NCBI GenBank assembly: GCA_025980335.1
Contig: JAICXO010000001.1
Location: forward strand, 1 to 62,308
Reading direction: 5' to 3'
Length of the DNA stretch: 62,308 nucleotides
DNA from: Sphingomonas sp.
GTDB taxonomy: Bacteria > Pseudomonadota > Alphaproteobacteria > Sphingomonadales > Sphingomonadaceae
A program made the position numbers and the translations under genes. This document shows positions 39,995 to 49,370 of this stretch, in pieces. Numbering within the stretch: position 1 is the stretch's first letter; the number at the start of each line of letters is the position of its first letter. Below the pieces are notes generated by a model. The model did not search any database, was not told the origin of the DNA, and worked only from the letters and a program-made list of their open reading frames with translations.

Positions 39995-40717
39995 TCAGGC
40001 AACGAGCGTGTTGAAGCGCTCGGCATTTGCCGTGGCGCGATTGGAAAGCGGCTGGAACGCTTCGCCGGCGAGCTTCACCAGCGTTTCCGTCAGCTTCGAG
40101 GTCTCGGCGACCGCGCGGTCGAACGACGCGCGCGCGAACTCGCCCTGAAGCTGGAGATATTCGGTCGGCGACTTGGCCTCGGCGAGCGAGCGGATCGCGT
40201 CCGCCGCCTGCTCGACGCTGTCGCGCTGCTTGGCGACGACGTCCTGGCCGATGGAGCGTGCGCCCTCGGCGGCGACGCGGCCGGCCTCGACCACCGCTTC
40301 GACATTGGCGCGGGCGAGATCGGCGAGCTCCTCGGCGACCTTCTGGCTCTTCCTCGCGAGCTCCTGGCTGCGCTCGTTCGCGTCGGCGAAAAGCGTCTGG
40401 AACGGCGCGAACGCCGGAACGGCGTCGAAGCCGTTGAAGAAATTGGTGCTGGTCACGGTTTCAATCCTTTCCTGGGCAGCAGCGGCGCTCTTGCGCGCGG
40501 TGCTGCGAACCTTGCGGGTCTTGCGGGCGGTGCGGCGCGCCGTCGCCTTCTCGACAACGGCGTCGCGTTTCACCCGGCGAGCCGTCGCGGCGCGGGTGCG
40601 CTTCGACGCCTTCGCGCTCTCCTTGGCGATCGCCTCGACAGTGTTCGCGACGGCTTCGGCGACCTTGGCCGGAGCCTCTGCTGCGGCCTGTGCTTCGACC
40701 TTCGTTTCGTCTGCCAT
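39995..40717 (-). CDS. phaP: Phasin (PHA granule protein) with basic N-terminal extension
   Basis: ANVEAVV, AKSPTEYLQLQ, EAFQPLSNR phasin pattern; upstream of clpS. Confidence 0.85.
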   Translation of the reverse strand: MADETKVEAQAAAEAPAKVAEAVANTVEAIAKESAKASKRTRAATARRVKRDAVVEKATARRTARKTRKVRSTARKSAAAAQERIETVTSTNFFNGFDAVPAFAPFQTLFADANERSQELARKSQKVAEELADLARANVEAVVEAGRVAAEGARSIGQDVVAKQRDSVEQAADAIRSLAEAKSPTEYLQLQGEFARASFDRAVAETSKLTETLVKLAGEAFQPLSNRATANAERFNTLVA

Positions 40718-40740
40718 CGATTATTCCTCCGAATTCTTGT

Positions 40741-40771
40741 TGCACTGCACAATATAGGGTGCAGCGCAGCA
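40741..40771. promoter_or_regulatory. Tandem PhaR-type boxes upstream of phasin
   Basis: TGCACTGCACAA (40741) and TGCAGCGCAGCA (40760) both fit TGCRNYGCASMA. Confidence 0.65.
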
Positions 40772-40860
40772 TTTCAACCCTGTTTTTGTGCACCGCGTCA
40801 TCCAGTCGCTTGACGGTCCCTTTCCTTGACGAGAGCGCCTCGCCCGAAGCAAGAGCGGTC

Positions 40861-41514
40861 ATGGACCCTGCCCCCGACCAGCGGAATCGCCAGCGCCGCG
40901 GACTCCTGATCGTCCTTTCCTCGCCCTCGGGCGCCGGCAAATCGACGATTTCGCGATTGCTGCTCGACGCCGACAGCGAAGTGACGATGTCGGTGTCGGC
41001 GACGACGCGCCCCAAGCGGCCGGGCGAGGTCGACGGAGTCGACTATCATTTCGTCGACGATGCCGAGTTCGACCGCATGATCGCAGAGAACGAGTTCGTC
41101 GAATGGGCCCACGTGTTCGGCTTCCGCTACGGAACGCCGAAGGCACCGGTGAAGCAGGCCCTGCGGACCGGGCGCGACATATTGTTCGACATCGATTGGC
41201 AGGGCGCGCGCCAGCTCGAGCCCGATTTCGGCGAGCATCTCGTGACCATCTTCCTGCTCCCGCCGACCATGGCCGAGCTCGAGCACCGCCTTCACACGCG
41301 TGGCCAGGATTCGGACGAAGTGATCGCCGACCGCATGCGCCGCGCGGCGGACGAGATCGATCACTGGGCCGAGTACGAATATGTGCTCGTCAATCGCGAC
41401 ATGGACGCGTGCCTCGCAAGGGTGCGGGCGATCGTCACCGCCGAGCGCTCGAAGCGCGTGCGTCAGACCGGCCTGGTCGAGTTCGTCCGCGACCTGATTG
41501 GGCCGCAGCACTGA
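40861..41514 (+). CDS. gmk: Guanylate kinase
   Basis: SSPSGAGKST, SATTRPKRPGEVDGVDYHF, YGTP, DIDWQG. Confidence 0.97.
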   Translation: MDPAPDQRNRQRRGLLIVLSSPSGAGKSTISRLLLDADSEVTMSVSATTRPKRPGEVDGVDYHFVDDAEFDRMIAENEFVEWAHVFGFRYGTPKAPVKQALRTGRDILFDIDWQGARQLEPDFGEHLVTIFLLPPTMAELEHRLHTRGQDSDEVIADRMRRAADEIDHWAEYEYVLVNRDMDACLARVRAIVTAERSKRVRQTGLVEFVRDLIGPQH

Positions 41515-41518
41515 ACGA

Positions 41519-41658
41519 TTCCTTCCTGCGAGCGCAGCTCGTGGGGAGGGGAACCATTGAACGAAGGTTCAATGGTGGAGGGGTCCATCACCGCGTCAGT
41601 TACCCCTCCACCATGCTCCGCATGGTTCCCCTCCCCAGCCATGCGGCTGGGGAGGAAC
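41519..41658. repeat. Modular palindromic repeat, copy E
   Basis: Same scaffold; fills the gmk/ATP12 convergent gap. Confidence 0.9.
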
Positions 41659-42353
41659 TAGAGGTCCACCAACCCCAAGAACCGCGCGCCGTTCATGAAA
41701 TCGCGCTTGCGATTCTCCAGCGCCTTCTCCGCCTCCGCGTCGGCGCCCCACCGCTCGAGTTGCCAGCATTCGTCGATGCTGACCGCATCCCAAGCCTCGT
41801 CGGCGGTGATCGCTTTCTCCAGCACCGCAAGCGCCGCAACCAGTGAGCCGCCGACCGTCACCAGCGGCGACAGCCCGGCGAGATGAAACGCATCAAGCGC
41901 CGCGACCGCATGGCTCAGCCGCTCGACGGTCGCGGCCGGCTGCTCCACATGCACGACGCCCGAAGTCGTCGCGAATTCCAAGTCGTAGCGCCGCCGCGCC
42001 CAGGCGAGCAGCGGGTCCCAGCTTTCCTCCTGGCGCTCGACGAGCCCGCGCGGCCCGTCGGCGCGGTAGCAGATGAGATCCGCCTCTGCGTAGCGCGCCA
42101 GGTCCGCGGCGAACGCCTGCCGGTCGGGCTCGACCCGGTCGATTGCCGCGTTCGCGAGGCCGGTCAGCGGCGTCGAGCGCGGGTCGATCTCATTCTCGAC
42201 CGAGCGCCATTCGCCCGCGATTTCCCGCGCCAGCGCTTCGAATGGCACGACCAGCGGCGCGCGCGCGGGCGTTCTCAGCGGCCGTCCATCGAGCGTCACG
42301 GTCCAGCCGTCCTCGTCCGGCCGAACCGCGACTTCCTTCCAGAAGCGCTTCAC
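41658..42353 (-). CDS. ATP12 family chaperone
   Basis: MKRFWK, LDGRPLRTP, PLTGLANAAID, DLICYRA, WGADAEA. Confidence 0.93.
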   Translation of the reverse strand: MKRFWKEVAVRPDEDGWTVTLDGRPLRTPARAPLVVPFEALAREIAGEWRSVENEIDPRSTPLTGLANAAIDRVEPDRQAFAADLARYAEADLICYRADGPRGLVERQEESWDPLLAWARRRYDLEFATTSGVVHVEQPAATVERLSHAVAALDAFHLAGLSPLVTVGGSLVAALAVLEKAITADEAWDAVSIDECWQLERWGADAEAEKALENRKRDFMNGARFLGLVDL

Positions 42354-42577
42354 TGCCGGTCGCGATCCCGCCTGTCCCAGGCGCGCTTGAGCAGGTGCGG
42401 CGCGAGCAGTGCGTCGATCGCGCCGACAATTACGACGATTGCGCCGAGCTGGGGCCAGCCGCCGGCGCGCACCAGGTTGGTGTAGATGATCGCCAGTCCG
42501 ACGAAAAAGATGACGACGCCGCCCAAGCGGATCAGCGAATAGAGCAGCAGCCGCTTGCGCGCTTCGTCGTCATCCAT
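42350..42577 (-). CDS. Small two-TM hypothetical protein
   Basis: MDDDEARKRLLLYSLIRLGG; overlaps both neighbours. Confidence 0.7.
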   Translation of the reverse strand: MDDDEARKRLLLYSLIRLGGVVIFFVGLAIIYTNLVRAGGWPQLGAIVVIVGAIDALLAPHLLKRAWDRRDRDRQ

Positions 42578-43235
42578 GGGCATGCTCCCGCACCAGGTCG
42601 AGGATGTCGAGCGGCTGCGCCGCCACCGCGACAGCGCCGGCATCGAACAACTCTTCCGCGTCATGATAGCCCCAGCCGGCGCCGATTCCGCGCGCGCCCG
42701 CATTGACCGCCATGGCCATGTCGAAACTGGTGTCGCCGACGACGATGCTCGTCCGAGACGCAGCACCAGCGTCGGCGATCGCCTGTTCGACCATCGACGG
42801 GTGCGGCTTGGACGGGTGCCGGTCGGCGGTCTGGAGCGATACGAAGCGGGCATGAATGTCGTGGCTGTCGAGACAATGCCTGAGGCCCCGGTCCGACTTG
42901 CCGGTGGCGACGGCGAGAAGCCAACCGTCGCTCTCGAGCGCGTCGAGAAGCTCGACGACGCCGTCGAACAACGGCTCCTCCACCTGACCCGCCGCGCGCA
43001 GCTCCCGGAAAGCGCGCTTGTAATCTTCGGCGAGCCGCTCGTGCACGTCCACGCTTGCGTCCGGCAGAAGCACCGACATCGCTTCGATGAGGCTGAGTCC
43101 GATCACCTTGCGCGAGACTTCCGGAGGCGGAAGCACAAGCCCGTGCTGCGCGAATGCTGCCCGAAGCGCACGCTGGATGGTCGCGCCGCTGTCGACGAGC
43201 GTCCCGTCGCAGTCGAAGATCGCGAGCTTGTTCAC
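42570..43235 (-). CDS. HAD-IA hydrolase
   Basis: FDCDGTLVDS, ATGKS, SKPHP, VGDTSFD. Confidence 0.93.
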   Translation of the reverse strand: MNKLAIFDCDGTLVDSGATIQRALRAAFAQHGLVLPPPEVSRKVIGLSLIEAMSVLLPDASVDVHERLAEDYKRAFRELRAAGQVEEPLFDGVVELLDALESDGWLLAVATGKSDRGLRHCLDSHDIHARFVSLQTADRHPSKPHPSMVEQAIADAGAASRTSIVVGDTSFDMAMAVNAGARGIGAGWGYHDAEELFDAGAVAVAAQPLDILDLVREHAHG

Positions 43236-44332
43236 CGGCGCTTGGTCCTTCCCTGCGACCCCCGCGCGCGCCGTTCGCCGCGTCGCTCGCGCCGCCGCGC
43301 CTTTGCCGCCGCAGCGACCTTGCGCTGCTTCGTCTCGGGAGAAGGTGCTGACTTCTGCTCCAGCGGCAGGCTGTCGCCCGCCATCGGGCTGAAACCGAGC
43401 GTCGCGAGGCTCTCGGCGATGTGCGCGGGAAGCTCGGCGGTGACGTCGATGGTCCGTCCGTCAGGCGCCTCGATCTTGATCCGCCGCGCGTGGAGGTGAA
43501 GCTTGCGGCTGATCCCGCCGGTCAGGAATGCTTCCGGCCCGCCATATTTCGCGTCGCCGACGATCGGATGACCGATCGCCGCCATGTGCGCGCGCAGCTG
43601 GTGCGTTCGCCCGGTCAGCGGCTGGAGCTCGATCCAGGCCGCGCGATTGCCGGCGCGGTCGACAAGCCGCCAGCGGGTCTTCGCCGGCAAGCCGTTCTCC
43701 GCATCCACGTGCATCTTCTCGCCGCCGGTGCCGGGCTGCTTCGCAAGCGGCGCATCGATCAGCCCCTCGGCAGCATCGGGCACGCCGGCGACGAGCGCCC
43801 AATAGACCTTGCGCGCGGTTCGGCCCGAAAAAGCCTTGGCGAAGTGACCCGCCGCGCGCGCCGTCCGTGCCACCAGCAGCGCGCCCGACGTGTCCTTGTC
43901 GAGCCGGTGGACGAGCTTGGGCCGTCCGCGCTCGTCGGCGAGGCCGTCAAGCAGCCGATCGAGGTGCTGGGTCGTCTTGGTGCCGCCTTGGGTCGCGAGA
44001 CCCGGTGGCTTGTTGAGCACGAAGGCGTCGGGCTCCTCATGGATCACCATTTCGCGGACGAACCGCTCTTCGTCCGGAGTCAGCGGTTCGCGCGGGCGCT
44101 TCGGCCGCGCGGTGCGAGCGGGCGCCGCATCCGGCGCCGGAAAGCGGATCTGCTGCCCCGCCTCCAGCCGGTCGCCGGGAACCGCCTTGTTCCCGTTGAG
44201 GCGCAGCTGCCCTGTCCGCGACCAGCGCGACACCTGGTTGAAGCTGACCTCGGGCAAATGCCGCTTGAACCACCGGTCGAGCCGGATTCCGTCGTCGTCA
44301 TCGGTAACGGTGAAGGTGCGCGCTTCGGGCAT
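43232..44332 (-). CDS. RluA/RluC family pseudouridine synthase
   Basis: S4 domain, NKPPGL, HRLDKDTSG, TGRTHQLR, PIVGDAKYG. Confidence 0.95.
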   Translation of the reverse strand: MPEARTFTVTDDDDGIRLDRWFKRHLPEVSFNQVSRWSRTGQLRLNGNKAVPGDRLEAGQQIRFPAPDAAPARTARPKRPREPLTPDEERFVREMVIHEEPDAFVLNKPPGLATQGGTKTTQHLDRLLDGLADERGRPKLVHRLDKDTSGALLVARTARAAGHFAKAFSGRTARKVYWALVAGVPDAAEGLIDAPLAKQPGTGGEKMHVDAENGLPAKTRWRLVDRAGNRAAWIELQPLTGRTHQLRAHMAAIGHPIVGDAKYGGPEAFLTGGISRKLHLHARRIKIEAPDGRTIDVTAELPAHIAESLATLGFSPMAGDSLPLEQKSAPSPETKQRKVAAAAKARRRERRGERRARGSQGRTKRR

Positions 44333-44366
44333 AGGGGGCGCTTAGCCGCTCAATGCAGTGTCGTCA

Positions 44367-44496
44367 GCCTCCCCCCTTGTGGGGGAGGTTTGGTGGGGGG
44401 CCGGCCGGCGTCCGCCGGCCAAAAGAATCATTCGTGGCGTCACCTGCTGTCGCAGCTGACGCGCCCCCACCCAACCCTCCCCACGAGGGGGAGGGC
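44367..44496. repeat. Modular palindromic repeat (variant)
   Basis: CCTCCCCCCTTGTGGGGGAGG ... CCCTCCCCACGAGGGGGAGGG. Confidence 0.75.
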
Positions 44497-44499
44497 TTC

Positions 44500-44874
44500 T
44501 CAGCGATCTCCGTGGCGATCGCTCCAATAATCGAAGGCCTGTTGCTGCACCCGCCGGATCAGGTCCGCCGCTTCGGATCCCTGCCACAGACCCTTGTAGC
44601 TGTGCTTCTTCGCGCCGCCGATCCACCAGCCCTGCCCCGGCAGACCGTCGGACTGGCGGACGACGAGCACAGCCAGTTCGGGCTCGCCGCGCTCCTCCGC
44701 CTCCTCGTCGATGTAGCTGAGCACCTTGCACAGCTGGCGCATCTTGGGCCGCGTGAAATGATGCCCGAGCAGCTCCAGCACCTCGGAATAGCTGATCGCC
44801 TGCCCCGCTTGCGCCGACGCGACCAGGATCGCCCGCACCTCTGCGGGGTCGGCGAGCAGGCCGGCTTCGCTCAC
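44500..44874 (-). CDS. Conserved hypothetical protein
   Basis: GTG start overlapping the upstream stop; FTRPKMRQLC, EPELAVLVVRQSDGLPGQGWW. Confidence 0.7.
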   Translation of the reverse strand: MSEAGLLADPAEVRAILVASAQAGQAISYSEVLELLGHHFTRPKMRQLCKVLSYIDEEAEERGEPELAVLVVRQSDGLPGQGWWIGGAKKHSYKGLWQGSEAADLIRRVQQQAFDYWSDRHGDR

Positions 44875-45581
44875 CGCGGCTGCTGGTCGAAATCCACTGG
44901 GGTCAGCTCGAAAATGTCGAGCTTGGCGTCGTTCTGCGGCCACGGGATCACCAGCCGCCAGCGGAACGGCGCGATGCGTTCGAATACGCCGGCCATGTTG
45001 CGCTTGGGATCGTCGCCATAGGCGAGCGGCTGGTCCTCGTCGCCGAGCGCGAGGCTGCCGAGGAAGATCATGCGATTGGGATCGTCGTCTTCCCACAGCG
45101 CGCCCGCGGGACGCTGGCTGCCGGTCTGCTTGACGATCGTCAGCTGGTCGTTGTCGACCTGGACGTAGCAGAAGAACGGCTTGAAGCTCTCGAACGCCTT
45201 GGCCCTGGGCGTCGCCTTGCCGAGCGCGATCATGCGGCAATTGTAGCTGCCGGGAGTCGGCGCCGGTCGGGGCAGTCCCGCACGCGGGAGCAGCAGCTTG
45301 CCCTCTTTCGCGATTTCCGACGGGTTGGTCTTCTTCGCCTCGTCGAGCGCCTCCTGCCAGGCGATGCCGAGACGGGCGATGCGGTCCTGGTCGGCCGCGG
45401 TCGCGACGCCCTTCCACACTTCCGATTTCAGCGGCGGCCCCACGACGACGCTGGGGGTCACGCCGGGCGGCAGCTTGGGCTTGGTCGCGCAGCCGGCGAG
45501 GAGCGCCAGCGCGATGAGCGCCGCCGCTCGCGCGCAGCGTCGATTGGCAAATCGGTGCGACAAGCTGTTCACCCTCCCCAT
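44871..45581 (-). CDS. DUF4893 lipoprotein
   Basis: Lipobox LAGC; GSYNCR, KQTGSQRP, RWRLVIPWP; start codon uncertain. Confidence 0.8.
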   Translation of the reverse strand: MGRVNSLSHRFANRRCARAAALIALALLAGCATKPKLPPGVTPSVVVGPPLKSEVWKGVATAADQDRIARLGIAWQEALDEAKKTNPSEIAKEGKLLLPRAGLPRPAPTPGSYNCRMIALGKATPRAKAFESFKPFFCYVQVDNDQLTIVKQTGSQRPAGALWEDDDPNRMIFLGSLALGDEDQPLAYGDDPKRNMAGVFERIAPFRWRLVIPWPQNDAKLDIFELTPVDFDQQPR

Positions 45582-45767
45582 CAGTGGCAGCCGGTTGGTC
45601 GGCTTTCAACCAATGCCACGTTCAACATAAGCTTTCACTGAACGCTCACTGCCGCTACGCGCCCGCGAAATGAATGCGCCGGAAGGCCCGAGAGCTGCGC
45701 CGATCCGCGCCCATGAGCACGCGCACCGAGTCTTCTTCAGCGCGCCAGTGATGAGAGGAACGCGCCG

Positions 45768-45989
45768 ATGTTCAACCTTGCATCGCTGATCATCGGCTTG
45801 GTCGCGCTCATTTGCGCGGCGATCGCTTTCATCCCCTTCTTGGGTATCGGCGAGTGGCTCGTCCTCCTGCTGGCAATCATCGGTGCAGGAATCGGCATGA
45901 TTTCGCGGAGCAACGCCGGACGAAATCTCAATTTGTTCGTCATCCTCGTCGCGGCGATACGGCTGATTCTGGGCCACGGATTCCTGTGA
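45768..45989 (+). CDS. Small membrane protein
   Basis: MFNLASLIIG...FIPFLG...GRNLNL; GAGAGG RBS. Confidence 0.75.
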   Translation: MFNLASLIIGLVALICAAIAFIPFLGIGEWLVLLLAIIGAGIGMISRSNAGRNLNLFVILVAAIRLILGHGFL

Positions 45990-46581
45990 TCCGGGATCCG
46001 CGCATCGACGCCTACATCACAAAGGCGCAGCCGTTTGCGCGACCGATTCTCGAAAAGGTGCGCGAGCGCGTCCGTGCCGTGCTGCCCGACGTCGAGGAAG
46101 CGATGAAGTGGGGCATGCCCGCCTATCTCGTGAACGGCAAATCGTGCTGATCACTTCAGCGTTCAAAGCCCACGCAGCGCTCAATTTCTGGCGCGGTCAG
46201 GAGATCGGCGACGACGAGGCAAAGGCCGGCGCGATGGGTCAGTTCGGCCGCCTTGAATCGCTCGAGGATTTGCCCGCCGACGCGCAACTGGACACGCTGA
46301 TCGGCGAGGCAGCGGCGATTGCCAATACCGCTGCGCCGCCCCGCAAGGCCAAGCATGCGCCCAAACCGCCGCCGGAAATCCATCCCGAATTCGCCGCGGC
46401 ACTCGCCAAAGCTCCGCAAGCGAGAGCGATTCTAGAGGGCTTCCCGCCGTCGGCGCAGCGCGATTATTTCGAATGGATTGCCGAAGCCAAGCAGGACGCC
46501 ACGCGCCAAAAGCGGATCGCGACCGCCGTCGAATGGCTAAGCGAAGGCAAACGGCGGCACTGGAAGTATCAAACGCGCTGA
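45986..46581 (+). pseudogene. YdeI/OmpD-associated (DUF1801+OmdA) gene with 1-nt frameshift
   Basis: RDPRIDAYI...KWGMPAYLVNGK in one frame, IVLITSAFKAH...WIAEAKQDATRQKRI in another; junction AAC GGC AA ATC at 46133-46143. Confidence 0.75.
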
Positions 46582-46584
46582 ATT

Positions 46585-46613
46585 CATCCTCCCTGCATTT
46601 GCAGGGGAGGATG
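46585..46613. repeat. Single-hairpin remnant of the palindromic repeat / bidirectional terminator
   Basis: CATCCTCCCTGCATTTGCAGGGGAGGATG between convergent stops. Confidence 0.7.
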
Positions 46614-46614
46614 G

Positions 46615-47055
46615 CTATTTCGTCATCCTCAGCGCCGGGCCGAAGCGCGTCTGCTCTTCGCCTTCGAGGACGAGGCCGCAATGCTCGTAGAAGCGCCGCG
46701 CCCGCGGGTTGGCGATGACGGTCAGCGCCAGGCCTTTGCGCCGCGCCTCGTGGGTCGCCGCGTCCACGAGCGTTCGGCCGATCCCCTGCCCCCACAGCTC
46801 CGGCTCGACGAAGAGGCCGTCGAGCTCGCCTCCGACCACCGCTGCGAATCCCGCGATGTCGCCGTCGAGCTCGGCGACGATCACCTGCCGGTTCGCAATC
46901 TGCCCTTCGGGAAGATAAATGGCATCGGGGTTGAGGAGCAGCTCATCCCGATATTCCGGAAGCTCGAGGGAGGCGCGCCGCTGCAGTTCCTCCAGCGCGT
47001 CATGCTCCTCGGGCCGCGCAAGCCGGAGAGTCGCGCTGTCAGCGTGATTCGACAT
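46615..47055 (-). CDS. GNAT acetyltransferase
   Basis: LDGLFVEP, GQGIGRTL, ARRFYE. Confidence 0.9.
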   Translation of the reverse strand: MSNHADSATLRLARPEEHDALEELQRRASLELPEYRDELLLNPDAIYLPEGQIANRQVIVAELDGDIAGFAAVVGGELDGLFVEPELWGQGIGRTLVDAATHEARRKGLALTVIANPRARRFYEHCGLVLEGEEQTRFGPALRMTK

Positions 47056-48796
47056 AGGTCCCGGGCGCGTCTTCGATCGCCTTGAGCTTGCCCTTGCCGG
47101 GCACCCGCGCGCCGTCCGCCTTGACCGTCGCGCCGTCCTGTTTCTTCAACCATGCGAGCCAGTCCGGCCACCAGCTTCCCTTGTGCTCGGTCGCGCCATC
47201 GACGAACGAGTCGAGCGTGCCGCACGGCCGGTCGTTGACCCAATATTGGTACTTCTGGGCGGCCGGCGGGTTCACGACGCCCGCGATATGGCCCGAGCCG
47301 GCGAGCACGAAGCGCTTGGGTCCAGAGAAATGGTCCATGATCTTCCACACGCTCTCGGGCGGCGCGATATGGTCCTCGCGGCCAGCCTGCACGTAAGCGG
47401 GCGTCTTCACCGTATCGATATCGACCGGCGTTCCCGCGACGGAAATGCCCCCTTTCTCCGCCAGCTTGTTCCCCTTGTAGAGATCCTCGAGGTACGAGCG
47501 GTGCCAGCCGGCCGGCAGGTTGGTCGTGTCGCTGTTCCAGTAGAGCAGGTCGAACGGCGGCGGCTCATCGCCCAGCAGGTAATTGTTGACGACATAGTTC
47601 CAGATGAGGTCGCGGCCCCTCAAGAGGTTGAAGGTCGCGGCCATGCAGCGGCCGTCGAGATAGCCCTTCTCGGCGGTCAGCTGCTCGAGCAGGCCCATGG
47701 TCTCCGGGCCGGTGAACAGCTTGAGGTCGCCGGCTTCGGTGAAGTCGACCTGCGCGGTCAGGAAGGTCGCGGACTTGACCTTGTCCGCTTGCCCCTTCGC
47801 CTGGAGGTACGCCAGCGTTGCGGCGAGCGTCGTCCCGGCGACGCAATATCCGATCGCGTGCACGCTTTCGACGTCGAGCAGGTCGCGGACCGTGTCGATC
47901 GCGTCGATTTGTCCTTTCAGAACATAATCGTCGAGCCCCGTGTCGGCGATGCTCTCGTCGGCCGATTTCCAGCTCACCATGAACAGTGTGACGCCATGGT
48001 CTACGCACCATTTGACGAAGCTCTTCTCGGGGCTGAGGTCGAGGATGTAGAAGCGGTTGATCCACGGCGGGAAAATCACGACTGGAATCTTCAGCACTTG
48101 CGGCGTCGCCGGCGTGTACTGGATTAGCTGGTAGAGCGGCGTCTGCTTGACCACCTTCCCCGGCGTGGTCGCGAGATTGCGGCCCACCTCGAACACGCCA
48201 GGCCTGGTCTGGGTCAGCTGTCCCTGAGCGATGTCCCGAAGCATGTTGGCGAGGCCCTTCAGCAGATTCTCGCCGCGCGTCTCGAGCGTCCGTTTGAGCA
48301 CCTGCGGGTTGGTCAGCGCGAAGTTCGACGGGCTCATCGCGTCGACGAAGCTGCGCGTCGCAAAGCGCAGCTTCTCACGCGTGTCCGAGTCGATTCCGTC
48401 GATCTGGTCAGCGGTTCCGAGCAGCTGGTCCGAAACGCGAAGATAGGTCTGGCGGATGGTGTCGAAGATCGGGTTCTCGCGCCACTCGGGCGCGGTGAAG
48501 CGGCGGTCCTTCCTGTCGGACTCCGGCGAAGACGGCGCGGCGACTCCGCCAAGCATCTTCCCCCAGCTCTCCAGTCCCTTGGCCCACGCCTGCGCGCCCG
48601 CGCTCATCAGCGCCATCGGGTCGGCAGCTGCCGATTGCTCGGCGAAGCCGAAGGACCGAGGCGGCCAGGCCGGCATCACCTGCCCCGGCTTCATCTGCTC
48701 GGCCCAGAATTCCATCAGCATCTGCTGGGCGCGGCCCATCACCAGCGTCCAATGCTGCCAATCCTCGAGGGTGGGGATTCCGAGATCGTCGGCCAT
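47039..48796 (-). CDS. phaC: Class I poly(3-hydroxyalkanoate) synthase
   Basis: SPSNF..TNP, PPWINRFYILDL, catalytic GYCVAG, EDHIAP, SGHIAG, GSWW, APGTYV; start MADDLG. Confidence 0.96.
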   Translation of the reverse strand: MADDLGIPTLEDWQHWTLVMGRAQQMLMEFWAEQMKPGQVMPAWPPRSFGFAEQSAAADPMALMSAGAQAWAKGLESWGKMLGGVAAPSSPESDRKDRRFTAPEWRENPIFDTIRQTYLRVSDQLLGTADQIDGIDSDTREKLRFATRSFVDAMSPSNFALTNPQVLKRTLETRGENLLKGLANMLRDIAQGQLTQTRPGVFEVGRNLATTPGKVVKQTPLYQLIQYTPATPQVLKIPVVIFPPWINRFYILDLSPEKSFVKWCVDHGVTLFMVSWKSADESIADTGLDDYVLKGQIDAIDTVRDLLDVESVHAIGYCVAGTTLAATLAYLQAKGQADKVKSATFLTAQVDFTEAGDLKLFTGPETMGLLEQLTAEKGYLDGRCMAATFNLLRGRDLIWNYVVNNYLLGDEPPPFDLLYWNSDTTNLPAGWHRSYLEDLYKGNKLAEKGGISVAGTPVDIDTVKTPAYVQAGREDHIAPPESVWKIMDHFSGPKRFVLAGSGHIAGVVNPPAAQKYQYWVNDRPCGTLDSFVDGATEHKGSWWPDWLAWLKKQDGATVKADGARVPGKGKLKAIEDAPGTYVESR

Positions 48797-48852
48797 GCGC
48801 CGAACATAGGCTCGCCTCCGCCCGATGGGGAGGGGCGGAGCGCCGGCGCCGG

Positions 48853-49266
48853 TTACTTGCCGGTGGCCATCCGCCGCACGCGCCAGCCCGCCGGGCTGCA
48901 GGTCCAATCCGAATCGAAGCTGCCGGACACGTCGTAATCCTTGGCTTCGGGCGTGCGGCCGGTCTGGTGGAAATGGCCGGTGACCCGCCACGCCTTGCCG
49001 GCGCGATCGATTGTGCCGATGCTCATCGCCTCCGAAAAGACGACCGCGCCCTTGAACCCGCTCAGTAGCGTCTTCACCGCCGTTTCGCCGCGGATTGGCT
49101 TGGCGCCAGGGTTGTCGATCTCCCCGTCCGTCCCGAACAGATGCGCAATCGCCGCCGAGTCCTGCTTTCGGATCAACCGGGCATAATCAGCGATCATCCG
49201 ATTCAACGGGACGCGCAAGCATTGCGGAGGAGTGACGGCGGCCGCGGCAAGGAGAATGGCGATCAT
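48853..49266 (-). CDS. NTF2/SnoaL-like exported protein
   Basis: AIAHLFGTDG, PIRGETAV, GWRVRRM; very short signal peptide. Confidence 0.7.
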   Translation of the reverse strand: MIAILLAAAAVTPPQCLRVPLNRMIADYARLIRKQDSAAIAHLFGTDGEIDNPGAKPIRGETAVKTLLSGFKGAVVFSEAMSIGTIDRAGKAWRVTGHFHQTGRTPEAKDYDVSGSFDSDWTCSPAGWRVRRMATGK

Positions 49267-49329
49267 TCCGTATTCGTAACGCATTCATCGGACGGTGACG
49301 AGCGCCGCGTCGTGACCCCGCTTTTCTTT

Positions 49330-49365
49330 CTGGATTGCTTCACCGCTGCGCGGCTCGCAATGACG
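49330..49365 (-). repeat. CGTC-type REP
   Basis: Minus strand CGTCATTGCGAGCCGCGCAGCGGTGAAGCAATCCAG. Confidence 0.75.
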
Positions 49366-49370
49366 CTTCT

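Noticed and set aside
37890-41658. CRISPR-like array (repeats with variable centres)
   Set aside because: Copies are kilobases apart, separated by genes, long and palindromic; no cas genes
44500-45609. 369-aa ORF overlapping DUF4893
   Set aside because: Only the last 124 codons look protein-like; the rest is an alternative frame of DUF4893
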